Positions 50,893 to 63,985 of a stretch of DNA of 64,000 nt are shown piece after piece. The stretch comes from Tricharina praecox (lineage: Eukaryota), in the NCBI RefSeq assembly GCF_024521635.1, contig NW_026250433.1, positions 310,001-374,000 of the forward strand. Reading direction: 5' to 3'. The notes under the pieces were generated by a model. That model saw only the letters and a program-made list of their open reading frames with translations. It was not told the DNA's origin and made no database searches. The position numbers and the translations under genes are program-made. The stretch's first letter is position 1, and each line of letters begins with the position of its first letter.

Positions 50893-52617
50893 CTACAACG
50901 TACCGCGCCACCAGCTTCCCGGCAATGTACGAGATATCTTGGCTCCACTATTGTCAGGCGTCGCCTCCTCCTTTGCCGCATCCTCGATCAACGCAGCACT
51001 AGACCCGGCTCTCGAGGAGATTGTATGAAACGTCTGCGAAGCCTGCTCATGCAGCGAACCATAGCTCGCCACACTGCGGACCGGCAGTTTGCTAGCCGGC
51101 ACCGGCTGGACGGACGCGGAGCTCTCCCGTCGGATCTGAAGACCCAGCGGCATGGGATCGTCGTCCCACGAGAGCCGCTCCAGCACTGGCCGGTCTCCTT
51201 GGTCGTCGTTCTGCGGTGGCGGCGGTGGTGGCAGTGGTAGATTAGTCCATGCACCGAGTGATCGGCTCCTTTTGTTGTTGTTCTCGAGCAGCGGTGATGG
51301 AATGCTGCGGACATCGCTGGCTCGCGCTTTGTTGCGGTCGGTCAGTAGCGGTGAGCTGCTGCGAGAGCCATTATCTCTAGGCCGCGCCTTGTTGTACTCG
51401 AGTGGCAGCGGCGTGTTGGCGAGCCCATCCCGCGACTGAACTGCCGCCGGTGCCGGATACGGCGAGTACGTCTTCGGCAACTTCACTCCACCATCGGAAT
51501 TCCTCGCCGCCGACTGCCGCGTATACACCGGCGTCTCCTCCTCCTTAATATCCTGAAACGACGGCGCCGACGCCAGCGGCTCGACACTACTCGCCGCACC
51601 GACAATGACCTTCCCATGGTGGGCAATGAGGCTGCTCGCGCTCGTCCGCGGCGTCAACGTCATCGCCGGGACAATCCCGTCGGGCAGCGAGTGCCTCCCA
51701 GCACCAGGGACAAATGTGACCATGGGGCCGACGACGACGCCGGCGCTGCTCGCGACCGACGAGCGGGACTGCGAGCGCACCAGGGTGTGACTCTTCGAGC
51801 TGCGCGTGCTCGGCCTGCGCACCGACACGGCGGGCCGCGTCTGCGACTGCAGACTGCACACGCGCGACGGGATGGTGGGCGTCTCCGGGGGCGGGTACTG
51901 CGGCGGCGGGTAGCGCGCGCCCGGCAGCGACGGCGACGCTGACACATATAGCTGTGGGAGGTGGCTCCCGCGCCGCCCGCTACCCTGTGGCGTGCCCAGA
52001 CGGGGCGCGGGCCGCGAAGGCGGCGCGAGGGGCGCCAGCGGTGCGGTGCGTTGGTCGATACCACCTGTCCCGGACCGGCCGACCGCGGGCATGCTGTTGC
52101 TCCGCCGGGGCGTTGGCCGCACGCCCCGCGGCGGCATGGGGAAGGAGTGGTTGAGATCGCGCGGCTGGTCTTTTTCCGTGTTCGTCGCCGCGGCAGTATA
52201 CTTCCCCCCGCCGCCGCTATCCCCCAGAGGAAGGCATACGGCAATGCTACTCCGCAACAGGTTGCGGTTGTACAGCACCTGCTTCCTTCGTCGCCGGCGG
52301 ATAAATAGGAACGCCGCTAGCAGTGCGAGGAGGATGACGATGACCGATGTGCCCACCGCTACACCCGCGATCGCCGCGCTGGGAAGGCGCTGTTGGACTT
52401 CGGAGGTGCTCGCGGCGGTGGAGGCCGTGGGCGTGGGTGCGCCGGTGATCGAGGCTGGGGTGAAGGCTGGGGTGAAGGCTACTGTGGAAGTGGCATTGTG
52501 GTGTGTTGTGGGTACAACAACGGTGGAGGAAGTGCGGGTTCGCGTTGCTGCCCAGTAGATGTCGGGTTCTGATAGGGTTGAGCCGGAGTGCGAGGACGTG
52601 GACGTAGACGTGGACAT
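50893..52617 (-). CDS. Single-pass membrane protein with Ser/Thr-rich ectodomain and long disordered cytoplasmic tail (Mid2/Skg-like architecture)
   Basis: S/T-rich N-terminus, TM AAIAGVAVGTSVIVILLALLAAFLFI followed by RRRRRK, then a P/S/R-rich tail. True start is uncertain. Confidence 0.75.
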   Translation of the reverse strand: MSTSTSTSSHSGSTLSEPDIYWAATRTRTSSTVVVPTTHHNATSTVAFTPAFTPASITGAPTPTASTAASTSEVQQRLPSAAIAGVAVGTSVIVILLALLAAFLFIRRRRRKQVLYNRNLLRSSIAVCLPLGDSGGGGKYTAAATNTEKDQPRDLNHSFPMPPRGVRPTPRRSNSMPAVGRSGTGGIDQRTAPLAPLAPPSRPAPRLGTPQGSGRRGSHLPQLYVSASPSLPGARYPPPQYPPPETPTIPSRVCSLQSQTRPAVSVRRPSTRSSKSHTLVRSQSRSSVASSAGVVVGPMVTFVPGAGRHSLPDGIVPAMTLTPRTSASSLIAHHGKVIVGAASSVEPLASAPSFQDIKEEETPVYTRQSAARNSDGGVKLPKTYSPYPAPAAVQSRDGLANTPLPLEYNKARPRDNGSRSSSPLLTDRNKARASDVRSIPSPLLENNNKRSRSLGAWTNLPLPPPPPPQNDDQGDRPVLERLSWDDDPMPLGLQIRRESSASVQPVPASKLPVRSVASYGSLHEQASQTFHTISSRAGSSAALIEDAAKEEATPDNSGAKISRTLPGSWWRGTL

Positions 52618-54892
52618 TGAGACGGACCTAACGTAGCCTTGTATAATGGCTGCTTACCTACTGGTGATCAGTTCTGGTATATGGGAGCTGGTAGGATATG
52701 GAGATCTCACCACAGAGCGAGTGACGGAGCGAGCGAAAAGTAATAGTAACGAGTGGCAAGAAGTATAGCACCTCTTTGCAAAAGACAAACAGACAGGCAA
52801 CAAACGAAACGCAGACAGACAGGCAAGCAACGAAGGAGGATGGGATGAATGAGAAACGAGCGGGGGGGGTGAGGGCACCATAAAGCTTTCCGAAGTATAG
52901 GGGGCCTGATGTACTTCCTCCCAAGTCTCCCCTCCAATGCCCATTCCCCACCGCCACGAGCGAACGAGCGAACAAACGTTCTGGGAATAGTCCTGCGCAT
53001 CTCATTTCTCTTCCTCATGTCCACCCAAAAAACGCCACAGTGGACTGATCCGTCCGTTCGAAGTTCGTCGTGCCCACTGCCCATCCGACGACTCCCCTTA
53101 CCTCATCCACCTCCCACCACGAGGTGCAATTGTGTAGGTATTCACTTTAGGAACAAAAACAGTATGATACGTCGATCTTCACAGTGGGGGAATTGAATCC
53201 GGCTCTGCAGGCTGCAAGATGCAGGTACCGTATGCATCTCCATGCAAGCCCCACAAGCCCGCAATGGCAGGATTCCATTTGCGGATATGCAGACACATGG
53301 CGAATCCGGTGCTATCCGAATGCGTGGGGGTCTTAGGACTCAGGAGTTGGCGATGCATATGGCTGGGGAAAGGGGGGGAAAGGAAAGGAATTGGATGGAT
53401 GGATGGAAGGGCGAAGGCGAAGGCTTTCCAAGCCCGCCGGTGTGCGGCGTGGAGCAGAAGTCAATGGGTGCTGGATTGAGCAAAAAGTTGCGAGACGTCG
53501 GGGATAAAAAATCTCAATGGTAGACAGGTAGAATAGGAGTTTACAGCCGCAATTGAGCCTTTACCGTCACTGCTCTCACTGCCATTGACTTTGGCTTGTC
53601 TTGTCTGTCTATTGACGCGAAGAATGGATCGACGCAAAGAACGAGCACCGAGTGATGACTATGATCCACCCTCGCCCCACCACCATCACCCAACACACAC
53701 GCCTAAATACCCGCAGCAGCACATGAACACAACCCAATTCTCCCTATCCGGAGGAACAACGTGTCTTCAGTCTTCGGTCTCCACCGACGAACGCCAGCAC
53801 TAGCGAGAGATGAGGCGAGGCTCGTAGAGGAGATGAACTGGCAGTATACGCATAAAATGAGCAGTGGCTGCTCACTTGCACCACGGTTACTTTGCTTTGG
53901 CTCGGATTAGATCCCGTGATGCGTAGTCCACGGTGAAGCTGATGGTTCCCCTCCCCATCCACTCTCCCCCACCACCACCGCCGCCACATCGCCGCATCGC
54001 CGCCGCAGCCTCCGCCACCATCGCCGCCGCAGCTAAACGAACATTGTAACGCCCCCGTCCGGACTCCGCATAATACCGAGTGGAGCCATGGGTACTACCT
54101 CACCTTCCGAGTACATTCCACCGGACAATTTTCCGTCAAGTACAGTCAAGTCAATTCAACCAGCGAGAAAGAGCCGAGCAAAAGTGAAAGTGAAAGTGCA
54201 ACTAACTACTCCATACCGCTGCGTGTGACATCCTCCTCCATGGTTGTACAACACCGTGCCCCTCCCCCTCACATCCCCTCACATCCAACCACCTCTCCAG
54301 TCTCCATAACTCATGCATACATGCCTAATCATATTTTGGTGGTTATTGGTGGTTATTGGTGGTTATTATGGTGTCCCCTTGCTGTCTCTCTTCACGACTC
54401 AATTTGAGGAATGCAAGTGCGCTGCATCACGGATCACTCTGTCGTAGTGGGGGTGGATGGATGGACAGGACAGGACAATGTTTTTATGGCCGCTCGACAG
54501 ACAGACAGCACGCCCTGATGATTCGATTCGATTCTTTTGGCGCGTATGACATGTAACCAACTGCCAGGAGATATCCAACGCCGCGTGCAAACAGGTAGGC
54601 ACCTAGGTAGGTAGCAGTGGAGCAGTGGAGCAGCGTGATAAAAACCGCCGCGCCGCAACATATCTACCTAATCTATCGTAGTATAGAACAATTTCAAAAC
54701 GCCCTCATACATAAGAACCAAGCAAGGAGAAGAAAAGGTTCCGTTCCGTCAAGTTAAATCTCACGAAAACACAAAAAAAAAGACAAGAAGGCGTCTACCC
54801 ATCTCCGATAGATAGAAATCCGCAGCACACGCTCCATGCAACAAACCACGCACACATAAACACCATGTTGTCTACCTAAGTGTGTACTCGGG

Positions 54893-56774
54893 TTACTTGA
54901 GCACCCACCTTTTATCGTCCCTCTTCTCTCCTACCCGCTCCGCAACCAGGTCGAGCGTGTTCTTGATGTTGTCTTTGCCGATCTTTGGGAAGGCCTTTTT
55001 CAATACCTCGATCAGGCCGGCTTTTGTCATGTCGCTGCCGTCGATGGCGCGCTTGAACTCTTCCATGTGCTCTGGGGGTACCAGTTTCTTTGGAGCACCG
55101 GAAGCTGTGGTCGCTGCTGCTGCCGCCGCTGCTGCCGCCGCTGCCGCAGCCACAGCTGGGAGGGTGCGGTTCAGGGCTGTGAGGGGTTTGCGTGGAGGCT
55201 CCATGGCGGTTGAGGCCGAGGTGCGTTTGCTCTCTGCCGAGGCTTGGGGCTCCCAATACTTTGTGGAAAACGGGTCGATGGGAGCAGATATGCCGTCTAA
55301 ACCGATCACATCAGCATTTCTCTCTCTCGTACGGAGCACAATTCCAGGGGTGGGGGGGGGGGGAGTGTCGTCAACTAACCCATCAAAAACCGAATTCTCA
55401 TCTCCTCCAGATCCGGACGAGCTGCCCTGCCCGCCGCATCCTCCCAGCACATTCCCGAATTCGTCGCGATGAGCACCGCCATCCGAGCCCGCTTCAGCCC
55501 CGTGTCTTCCTCGTCGTCCAGGAAGCCGTCCAATGAATCACCGCCATCAGAGTCTTTGTCCTCCTCGTCCTCACTAAGGAGATCCTCTCCGTCCTCGTCA
55601 TCCGCCACCCACTCCGCTTCGGAATCGTAATCGTAGTTTACGCCCGGAAGAGCTCTATCGAACGGTTTCCTGCCGGAGCGGAGGCCACTGGTTTCGGGGG
55701 TCTTGGTGTAAGTACCGTTGTACGGCGGCCGTACGTCCTCGGCGAATCTGAGGAATTTGTGTGGTAGCTCGTTCAGTAGCTTGAGGTAGAAGGCGGAGTC
55801 GTAGGTTTCGTTCGTGGCTCGGCCCGTCGTCGTCGTCAATGGAGGTAGGCAGGGGTCGTCAGGGTTCTCGATTCGTGCCAGGATGTCTCGAGTGGTGAAG
55901 GCCATCGGTTTCCCTCGTCGTGCCCGCGCCTTGAGCGGGTGGATGTGTAGCAGCTCAGCGATCTCCTCCGCCGTGACCCTGCGCACCGGGGGGACTTCCT
56001 CCCCATCATCCACCTCCATCTCATCCGCCGCTCCGTCCCTCGGCAACCCCAACGCCTCATCGATAGCCCTACTGATCGCCACCTTCGCCTGCTCATCCCT
56101 TAGAAAGGGGCTCTGTGGGGCCACGATCATATTCGTCTTGACAAAGAAAGGTCCAAAGGCTCTCAGGTAATCACCGGACGCCGACGAGGGCAGTTTCTTT
56201 TCCGCTGCCGGCTCGACCGTCGCAACACCCGCACTCGCACCACTCGCCGGCGCCGACGCTGACGGATCTTTCTTCGGCGTCCGGAAGAACATGCTCAGTG
56301 TGGGCTGGCTGCGCTCCTTCTTCCGCTTCTCCTCGTCCTTCTTCTGCTTCTCCTCGTCCCGGATCCGCTTCTTCTCATCCCTCTCCGCTTTCTACCCTCT
56401 TGAAATTAGCCTCCGCCCTCTCCCACCCTCCTCGCCCCTCACCCTCCTTAACAGAAAAAGAGAAAACGTACCTGCGCCTCCCTCTCCCGCTTCCTTTCCT
56501 CCTTCTCCCGCTCCCTCACCTCCCGCTCCCTCCGCTTATCCTCCTTCTCCTTCTCCTTCGCCTTCCGCTCCTCCTCCGTGATCTTCGGTTTCTTCACCGT
56601 GGGCGGCGGAGCAGGCCCTGTCCCCGACTGGTCCCCGTCATCCCCGGCGGGTCTCTTACGGCTTTCTGGGGGAGGAGGTGACGAGGCGAGGGCTAGCGTG
56701 TCGAGCTGGGTCGAGACGTCGCCTTTGGCGGGTTTGGCTGCGGAGGGCTGTGACAGTGCCATGGCGGGTTCCAT
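54893..56774 (-). CDS. CAC1: Chromatin assembly factor 1 large subunit (Cac1/Rlf2/CHAF1A), 3 exons
   Basis: KER charged coiled coil, PIP-like QPTLSMFF, KFLRFAEDVRPPYNGT, PFDRALPGVNYDYDSEAEW, ED tract, PIDPFSTKYW, and a C-terminal WHD-like region ending KRWVLK. Confidence 0.93.
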
Positions 56775-57958
56775 CTCTCTCCGTTCTTGTCAATTCCTTC
56801 AAATTCTTCGCGTCTTCGTCCTTCGCGTGGGATTGCTGGGTTGCGCGTAGCCGATGAAGGTGATGGTGGTGGTGGCCGTCGTAGTGGTAGTCGCGGTGGT
56901 AGTCGCGGTGGTCGTGGTAATGGTAATGGCCGTAGTAATGGCCGTGGTAATGGCAGTGGCGGTGGTACCTAGTGGTGGTCGTGGTGGTCGTGGTGGTGCA
57001 GGGTGTTCACTCTATTCTAGAGTAGGTAGATCGGGCAGAAGGCGCGAAAGACATAAAGTTTCGTGTGCGCGACGTGACAAGTGCCACTGCTGCTGCCGCC
57101 GCTGCTGCTGCTACGGCTGCTGCTACGGCTGCTGCTACTCTACATACGGCTGTTACTGCCAAGACCTCTGGCGTGTTTTGTACGGTTGGACCGGTTGGCG
57201 GGTGCGTGGTAACTATGGGAAGTGGGGAGTGGGGAGTCATACATGTGCACTCGAGGGGTGGGTCGAAACTCATGGGAGATGTGGGATATGGAGGGGAGAT
57301 GATCAGATGTGGACTGGAGATGGCGATATGGAGATAATGGACAGTCGGGACTCACGAGTGCTTGGAATGCTAGGAGGAGATGGTAATATAACTCCATATG
57401 TCCAGGTATGATACATACATGGGAATATTCAATAGAATCGCAGCGTGAATGGACACCTTCACCATCCATCACATCTCCAGCGTCCACCTTCACCAACAAC
57501 TAGGTATTGCAGCCAACCTATCCAGCCTTATTTTTTTGGAGTGGAAAATACAGACAGACAGGCAGCCCGGCATCCAGACACACGATAATCGATAATCAAA
57601 CACGATACATAATTCCCCAAAACGACAGTATAGTAAACCAGGCGCTACAGGTATCAAAACCAATCACAATCAACTCCATTTGCCCAGATGTAGCATAAAA
57701 CACCGATAAAAAAAGATACACCCCCCCACCCACCCGCTGCCCCCAAACGAACGAGATCTTGTTGCTTCAGAAAGCCGCCTACCCCCCACCACTCTCCCTA
57801 GTAGAGTATCCATGCGAAACAGAAATAAACCAAACGAATGACACAAAAACGATTGAACACCAAAGGACCCATAGAACACCGGCCGGCAGATGGCAAAAAA
57901 AACAAACAATGAGATACTCCCGCCTCCTGCTCGCCTCCTCCTCAGAGGCGTGCTAGGA

Positions 57959-59155
57959 TTAGTCAGGATTCGCAACCACCAGCCGGAGTCCGCTCATGGT
58001 CATAGTCCTGACCTCGCCCTCATCGACGCTCCCGCTCCTTCTCAACTGGCTGCCACTCCTGCGCACGACATTCCTATCGACTGGCGACGCCGGAAACGAC
58101 GTTTCGTAATATCCGCCGCCGGAGATTGTGACGCGCGGATTCGATTCCTCGACGATGTACGGGACGAAATGCGGAGGCGTCCTGTTGGTCTTTCCCGCTC
58201 GCGGTTGCGAGGAGGGCTCATTGAGCTCTGTCGAGGACAGGTTGGGCGAGTAGGTTGACGAGCCGCTGCCGGTCGAGGTTGTGCGGTGAATTCCGCCGAT
58301 CGACGAGTTGCGGCGGTCGTTGGCGTAGGTGCGGTGATTCGAGTTCAGCGAGGACCTTCCGGACCCGGAGCCGGATCGCCGGTGCTGGCCCATGTAGAGC
58401 TCGTCCTCCTCGCCGCTGTCGTCGTTCGCCTCTGTGGCGGACAGCCGCGGTGGCGGCTGATTGACCAGACTGTTCGCCCCTATGCCGACTACGGTGTGCG
58501 AATTGGTCTTGCCCAATTTGTGGTGCGCGGAAGCTCTGCCGCGCAGTGACGTGCTCGAGCTCGAACTCGATCCCAGGCCTCCCTTGGAAGCGCTCGACGA
58601 CGGGCCAACCACGTCCTTGGCAGCACGCGCCTTCGCCGCCTTCTGCGACGCAACGAGTCGCGGGTCCTCCTGCTGCGACTTGTCGCACCATACCGTAGCC
58701 TTCTGTCGTCGCAGCGCGGCAACGTAGTTGTTGCTCGACGGGCCGGGGATGGAATTGGTGGTGTTGTTACTGCACGAGCGCCCGAGTTGCGTCGAGGAAG
58801 CGCTACTCCTCACCGTGCCCGTCGACGCCGTACTCGACCGGTGTTTGTGGATCGGCATGGGGGTGTAAAGGTTCTGCTGCGGCGGATATGGCTGATAGTT
58901 CTGTTGCGGCTGCTGCTGATGTGGGTGGTACGCCTCGTGGCTTGCCTGTTGCTGGGCAGAATAGATGCCCGACGAAGAGGTGCGTCGTAGGTGGTGCGAA
59001 TGGGACTGCGAGGAGTTGTCGGTTCTATATGCGTTCTGTGGGGCGAGGTAGGTCAAGTTCATCGACATGGTCCGCGGGCCAGATGCGCCACCGTGCGGCT
59101 GCGGCCTCAAGTTCCGCGCCGGGAACTGGTATGATGGTGCTGCATAGTCGACCAT
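57959..59155 (-). CDS. Conserved fungal hypothetical protein (low complexity)
   Basis: Long ORF starting at ATG MVDYAAPSYQFP, with conserved-looking blocks YVAALRRQKATVWCDKSQQEDPR, PPRLSATE and C-terminal GLRLVVANPD. Confidence 0.8.
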   Translation of the reverse strand: MVDYAAPSYQFPARNLRPQPHGGASGPRTMSMNLTYLAPQNAYRTDNSSQSHSHHLRRTSSSGIYSAQQQASHEAYHPHQQQPQQNYQPYPPQQNLYTPMPIHKHRSSTASTGTVRSSASSTQLGRSCSNNTTNSIPGPSSNNYVAALRRQKATVWCDKSQQEDPRLVASQKAAKARAAKDVVGPSSSASKGGLGSSSSSSTSLRGRASAHHKLGKTNSHTVVGIGANSLVNQPPPRLSATEANDDSGEEDELYMGQHRRSGSGSGRSSLNSNHRTYANDRRNSSIGGIHRTTSTGSGSSTYSPNLSSTELNEPSSQPRAGKTNRTPPHFVPYIVEESNPRVTISGGGYYETSFPASPVDRNVVRRSGSQLRRSGSVDEGEVRTMTMSGLRLVVANPD

Positions 59156-59869
59156 GACTTTGTTCGTTGCACCGACGGACGGACGAGGGCGTGAGGGGAA
59201 GATAAGACGAGGAGACGCGAAGACGATCAAAATCGGGCTGAATTGTGTTCCTTAGAGCGTTTCGTCCATTCGGCACGATATATTGTATAGTGGTACGCGG
59301 CGGCGGGGGATGTAAGGCGGAAGTAGGAGCGTATGTAGATCCTATGTGCGAGAGGAATCTGGAAGAGAGCGAGAGAGAGATGGTCAGCTGCACCAAATTT
59401 TTACGTTTTTTTTCTTTCTCGAAGGACAGGCGAATTCGTGGGTGTTCGCAGACGGCGGGCTGTCGAGTCTTATGGGAGGGGGGAGGGGGGGGGCAGCGGT
59501 GGTGGGAGGTGCGCGCCTGGTTTACTCACTAACTGAGCTACCTGGGGGGTGCAGGAAAGACTTGTTCCTGATTTTCCTAGATTTCGGAATTCTTTCGCTT
59601 CAGCGGGCAGTTGCGTAGTGTGTTGCAGATCTTTCTTTCTCGCACACAACTCTGCTCCCTCTCAGTCTCAGCGGCCCGGGGAAAATACTGCTGATCTCCG
59701 AAGATGACGATGATGCTCAGAGATACGAGGCGACGTAAACGTAAAGGAGGTAAGTTACAAAGTGGAGGGCTGGAGGGCTGGAGGGCTATATCAGGTCGGA
59801 GATTGACGAGGACCTCGGACCGTACTCCATACGGCGACGGCGGGGTGGGAGGTGGGCAATGGATAGGCT

Positions 59870-59965
59870 AGAGGTGGTAATGGCAGTAGCAGTAGTGGTG
59901 GTGGTAGCAGTGGAGTGGCAGTGGCAGTGGCAGTGGCAGTGGCAATGGCAGTAGTAATAGCAGTG

Positions 59966-59997
<32 letters not shown>

Positions 59998-60093
59998 GGT
60001 AGTCGCAATCGTAGTCGCTGTCGCTGCGTGGTGGTGGAGGTGGTGGTTGTGGTAGTTGGTGGTGGTGGTGGTGGTGGTGGTAGTGGTGGTGGT
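59870..60093. repeat. Compound tri-/hexanucleotide microsatellite (GTGGCA, GCA, GTA, GGT)
   Basis: Direct reading of (GTGGCA)n, (GCA)n and (GGT)n runs. Confidence 0.85.
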
Positions 60094-61574
60094 GATTCTT
60101 TCGCGACTCTGTGGGCGCCCTACTACATATGCGGGAATCCGGCTGTAGAGGCCAATCAGAGAGGCGTCACCATGCAAGGCGCTGCACAACCACAACATCA
60201 ACAGCTGAGGACCTTGCAGACTTGGGTTGGGCAGGTAGAGTACACGATTTGGTAGGATGGCAGTATACCAGTATGTAGCGGGTAGGTACGAGTACATACA
60301 CACATACATACGTGGGTACTTTGCACTCGGTACGCATGGCAGCAACAGTAGTGGGAGTCGCAGTAGGGATGGCCATACTCCCGAGGCGTCCTCTACTCTA
60401 CATAGAGAGAATCCACATGGAGTACAAAGCTGAGTAGTTTCCTACTCCACTCGACATGGTTGGGGACTGGGCTGCGTATGTATGTACAAAGTCTGCAGCG
60501 GTGTCGCTATGGCGGGGGGTAGGGCGAACTATACCAGAGAGACGGCGCGGCGGCGGAACGGAGGAGCAGGAGGAGGGGGGAGGGGGTGGGGATATGGATG
60601 TGATTGATGCGAGTGAGCCAGGCTTACAGCGCAGCCCAGGCTTTAGTGGGACTTGGGATAAAGTAACTCTCTCCAGATAACGGGAAATCTACCCGCGCCG
60701 ACCTATGGGATCGCTGGAGCAGAGTCAGAGAGGTATGTATCGGTGGAGCAAGAAGACGAAGACGAAGACGAGGAAGAAGAAAGGAAGGTGAAGAAGAAGA
60801 AGCAGGTGAAAGCCACCGAGAAACGCCGCGATAAAAACCACAGATGACGCAAATCGACTGCTCAATGCGCTTCGGAAGGAGAGGGGGGCGAGGGGAATGG
60901 ACGAGGCAAGGAGGGGGAGGGGCAATTGGATTAGGTACCTATGGTGGGGGGTGAGGTACCGTGTAGTTACGTACCGGTACGTGTTCCGCCATCCAGGCCA
61001 CTCAGGTGCGCGTATCGGCTTTTTTCTTCTTCTGCCTCAGAGCTGACACCTCTCATCGCGCTGAACGCAACACAGAATCCACATGGCACCTGCAGCCACA
61101 CACACTTCGCCCAAGGACCGTGCCATTCCCACTCCAGGTAGAGTCTCATTCGGTAGACCGGCGACCCGATGCTGGCTGGCTGACTGGCCTAACCTTCCCC
61201 CCCTCCCCCCCCTCCTGCAGCCACCTTCGCCAATCAGCCTACGACCATCGCCAACGGGGCGTTGAAACCTGAGCAAGCATCGTGAGATCTGGCTGACCCA
61301 GGCGCTAGAGTGTGTAGAAAGTACACATGCTGTATGTACAGCGGGCCCGGAATTTTCCTAGGCTCGATGTCCAGGCACTTCGTACCATGAACCAGTACTT
61401 GGTTAGGTACTCGGCAGTTATCGAGCAAATGTTTCAGTTCTCTATGTAGACGGCTGCTCTCGGAGTCAGTGTTTGCAGTATGTCTCGAGCAAGTGTCTCT
61501 CCCTCTCTCTCTCTCCATCGGAGTCGCACTCGCAGATTCCGTCATGTCTCTCCCTTCGCACATGAACGGAACAG

Positions 61575-61575
<1 letters not shown>

Positions 61576-61611
<36 letters not shown>
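61576..61611. repeat. (TG)18 microsatellite
   Basis: Uninterrupted TG run. Confidence 0.95.
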
Positions 61612-61612
<1 letters not shown>

Positions 61613-63943
61613 CGGAGGGCAACAATTACCCATCCCGCCAACTCGTCCATGACGAATGAACTTGCTGAAGTACGTAGAGTGGTTACATACCGGCCAGGTA
61701 CTGGGGTGCAGTTATAGTAGGGTACTTGCGACGACGACCACATAAACTGGTGTCATCGATATTCGATCCCTCGGCGATGCTAAGTAACCGTCCGTCATAT
61801 CATAGGTCATATCATACGTACATACATCGTTGTTGAAGCGAAGTGGAGCGGAGAGGAGTGGAGAGGAATAGTTACCGTTAGTTAGCGGTATGTAGTAAGC
61901 ACAGCCCACAGCGACATCCATAGACAGGTAGGGCGCGCGCCTGGATGCGTATTGATCTGGGAGCCAAATCGCATGGCCAGATCCGACGGGAATCGCCAGA
62001 AAAAAGCGAACTTTTTTTGGTGTCCCGCGTGTCAACGGAATGAACCGAATCCTCGTCCTTCACAGCGCAAATGGCCGTAACGAGCGACAGCCACCAACTA
62101 CCGGTACCGGTGCCGTATCATGTCGAACCATCGCGGAAGTCCACAGTAACATACCGGTACTGTACCCGCGTACGGTACGTGGAAGACATGTTACGGTCAT
62201 TACCGCTGATTTCCGTTGGCCGTACCATAGCCGCCGTTAATCGGCCCGGGAAACGCGGGACCGTTGAAGAGGCCGATCAGTTAGGGGAGTGGGGAAGACG
62301 CCAGATGTATGCCGCACACAGGAGCCGCCAACGGCGCAACGTCCGTCGGACGATCTTCAGTGCCCCGGCGCGGCCCACGCCCCGCCCCATCAGACTCTGG
62401 GGTCCAGCATAGGTAGGCACCTAGCATGGTGTCGTCGGGAACGCGGTTTCCGGGTCTCCGGGTTTCCGGGGTTTCCGGGTTCCTAGTGCGGGTATGTGGG
62501 CGTGCTAGGTGTTCCGGGAACGCGGCAGTGCCGGCGGAAACTGTTTTCGGCCTCCGACCCGACGGCGACAGTGACAGCGACATGTCTGAGGTTCGTCGGT
62601 AATTAAGGGTAACTAAGGGCGGGTGTTTGTTTGGAGTGCGAGTCCACTCCAGATGGAGATATCGGTAGCTGTTGTTGTTGTCCGGTCGGAGGATGCTGAA
62701 GGTAGGTAGAGTACCGTAGCCACGGGGAACGGGGAATGGGGATCAGACGGAGAGAGAGTGTACGGCAAAGGCGTAAGGACGGAGCGAGGAGTCGTTCGGG
62801 GACGTCGGGGGGAAAAGGCGGACGAAGAACGATAGTAGGTAGGTAATAGTTTCTCAGGAGTGTCCAGACTCCAACAATGATGCGGCCCGCTGAGCGCTAC
62901 AGGTGACAGCCAAAGGTATCAGCCACTCAGTACCTAGAGCAGAGTGACAGCTGCGGGCACCTGTCACTGGTCACCTTCTGTGGGCCTCGTGGAGCCAGAC
63001 CCGATCCGGTTGGCTCCAACGTTGAGATGTTGCTACTTTTTATGTTCGTCTGATCGGTTGGCCAACATACTCAACCATCATAGACCTCACCATCACCAGT
63101 TAGTTTTACATCTCGTCATTCAACTCGCGGGGTACAGGTTCATCACCTGAAGAACACAGCTGGCTCTTTTCTTTCAGTGTCGTGTTCTCTCTAGTAAAAT
63201 ACAATCGGTCTTCTATCTTTTTATCAAAGTTGCCTGAGGGTCATCTCGTCCCCAGTGCTTCACTACAAGGCTACAACGCGCCTGGTTTGCCCTATTCACT
63301 TACGGCAATGTTCTATTCATCGAGTTTCTGTATGGTGCACGTAAGGCTGGTGAATGAGAGAACCTTTGCGACGTGTGGGCTGGCCTTGTATGACATACTC
63401 CAGGTACTCTACTCCAGGTCGGGTTTCAATCTCCCTTGCATCGTGAACTCCGTCTCTCAGCTAAAGCGTGAAGCGGACGACATGGTCAACACGCAGCTTC
63501 TGTCTCTCCTCCGCGCGCCCCATCGCAGCGACACCTTATCCTCCTCCTCCTCCTTCTACTCCTCCGAGCACATATTACGGTATGTAGCACCCGTCAATCG
63601 CCTAGGTACGGCGCCCAGGTACGGTATACAACCTCAACCGAAGTTCCTCCCCACCACCGCCGCCGCCGACAAATTCTGCCGAGAATCGTTTCTCCTAACG
63701 ACTCGTGTATCCCCTATATCTCCGCGTCTATGACTCGGATCTCGTACCAATAATTGACTGACGATGGTTTCAGGCACCAGTGAGTCGGCTATAGCACCTA
63801 TCACAGCTCCCACCACTCTTGCCACTACCAGCACCACCACCACCGCATTGGAACATCGCCATTCAATTATCTACGGTACATATCAGTCCTCACATCCCGC
63901 GCCACCGGCGCGCATGTCCCTTACCTCGCCCTCACCCTCACCA

Positions 63944-63985
63944 CGCCCTCGCCCTCGCCCTCGCCCTCGCCCTCGCCCTCGCCCT
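63944..63985. repeat. (CGCCCT)7 hexanucleotide repeat
   Basis: Direct reading. Confidence 0.9.

Noticed and set aside
34549..56774. SPO11, RTT109 and CAC1 in one window as a chromatin/recombination cluster
   Set aside because: They are interspersed with unrelated genes and show no shared regulatory signal; compatible with chance synteny.
56787..57411. ORFs of poly-V/A/C (also 59791-60345)
   Set aside because: Translations of trinucleotide microsatellites with no coding signature.
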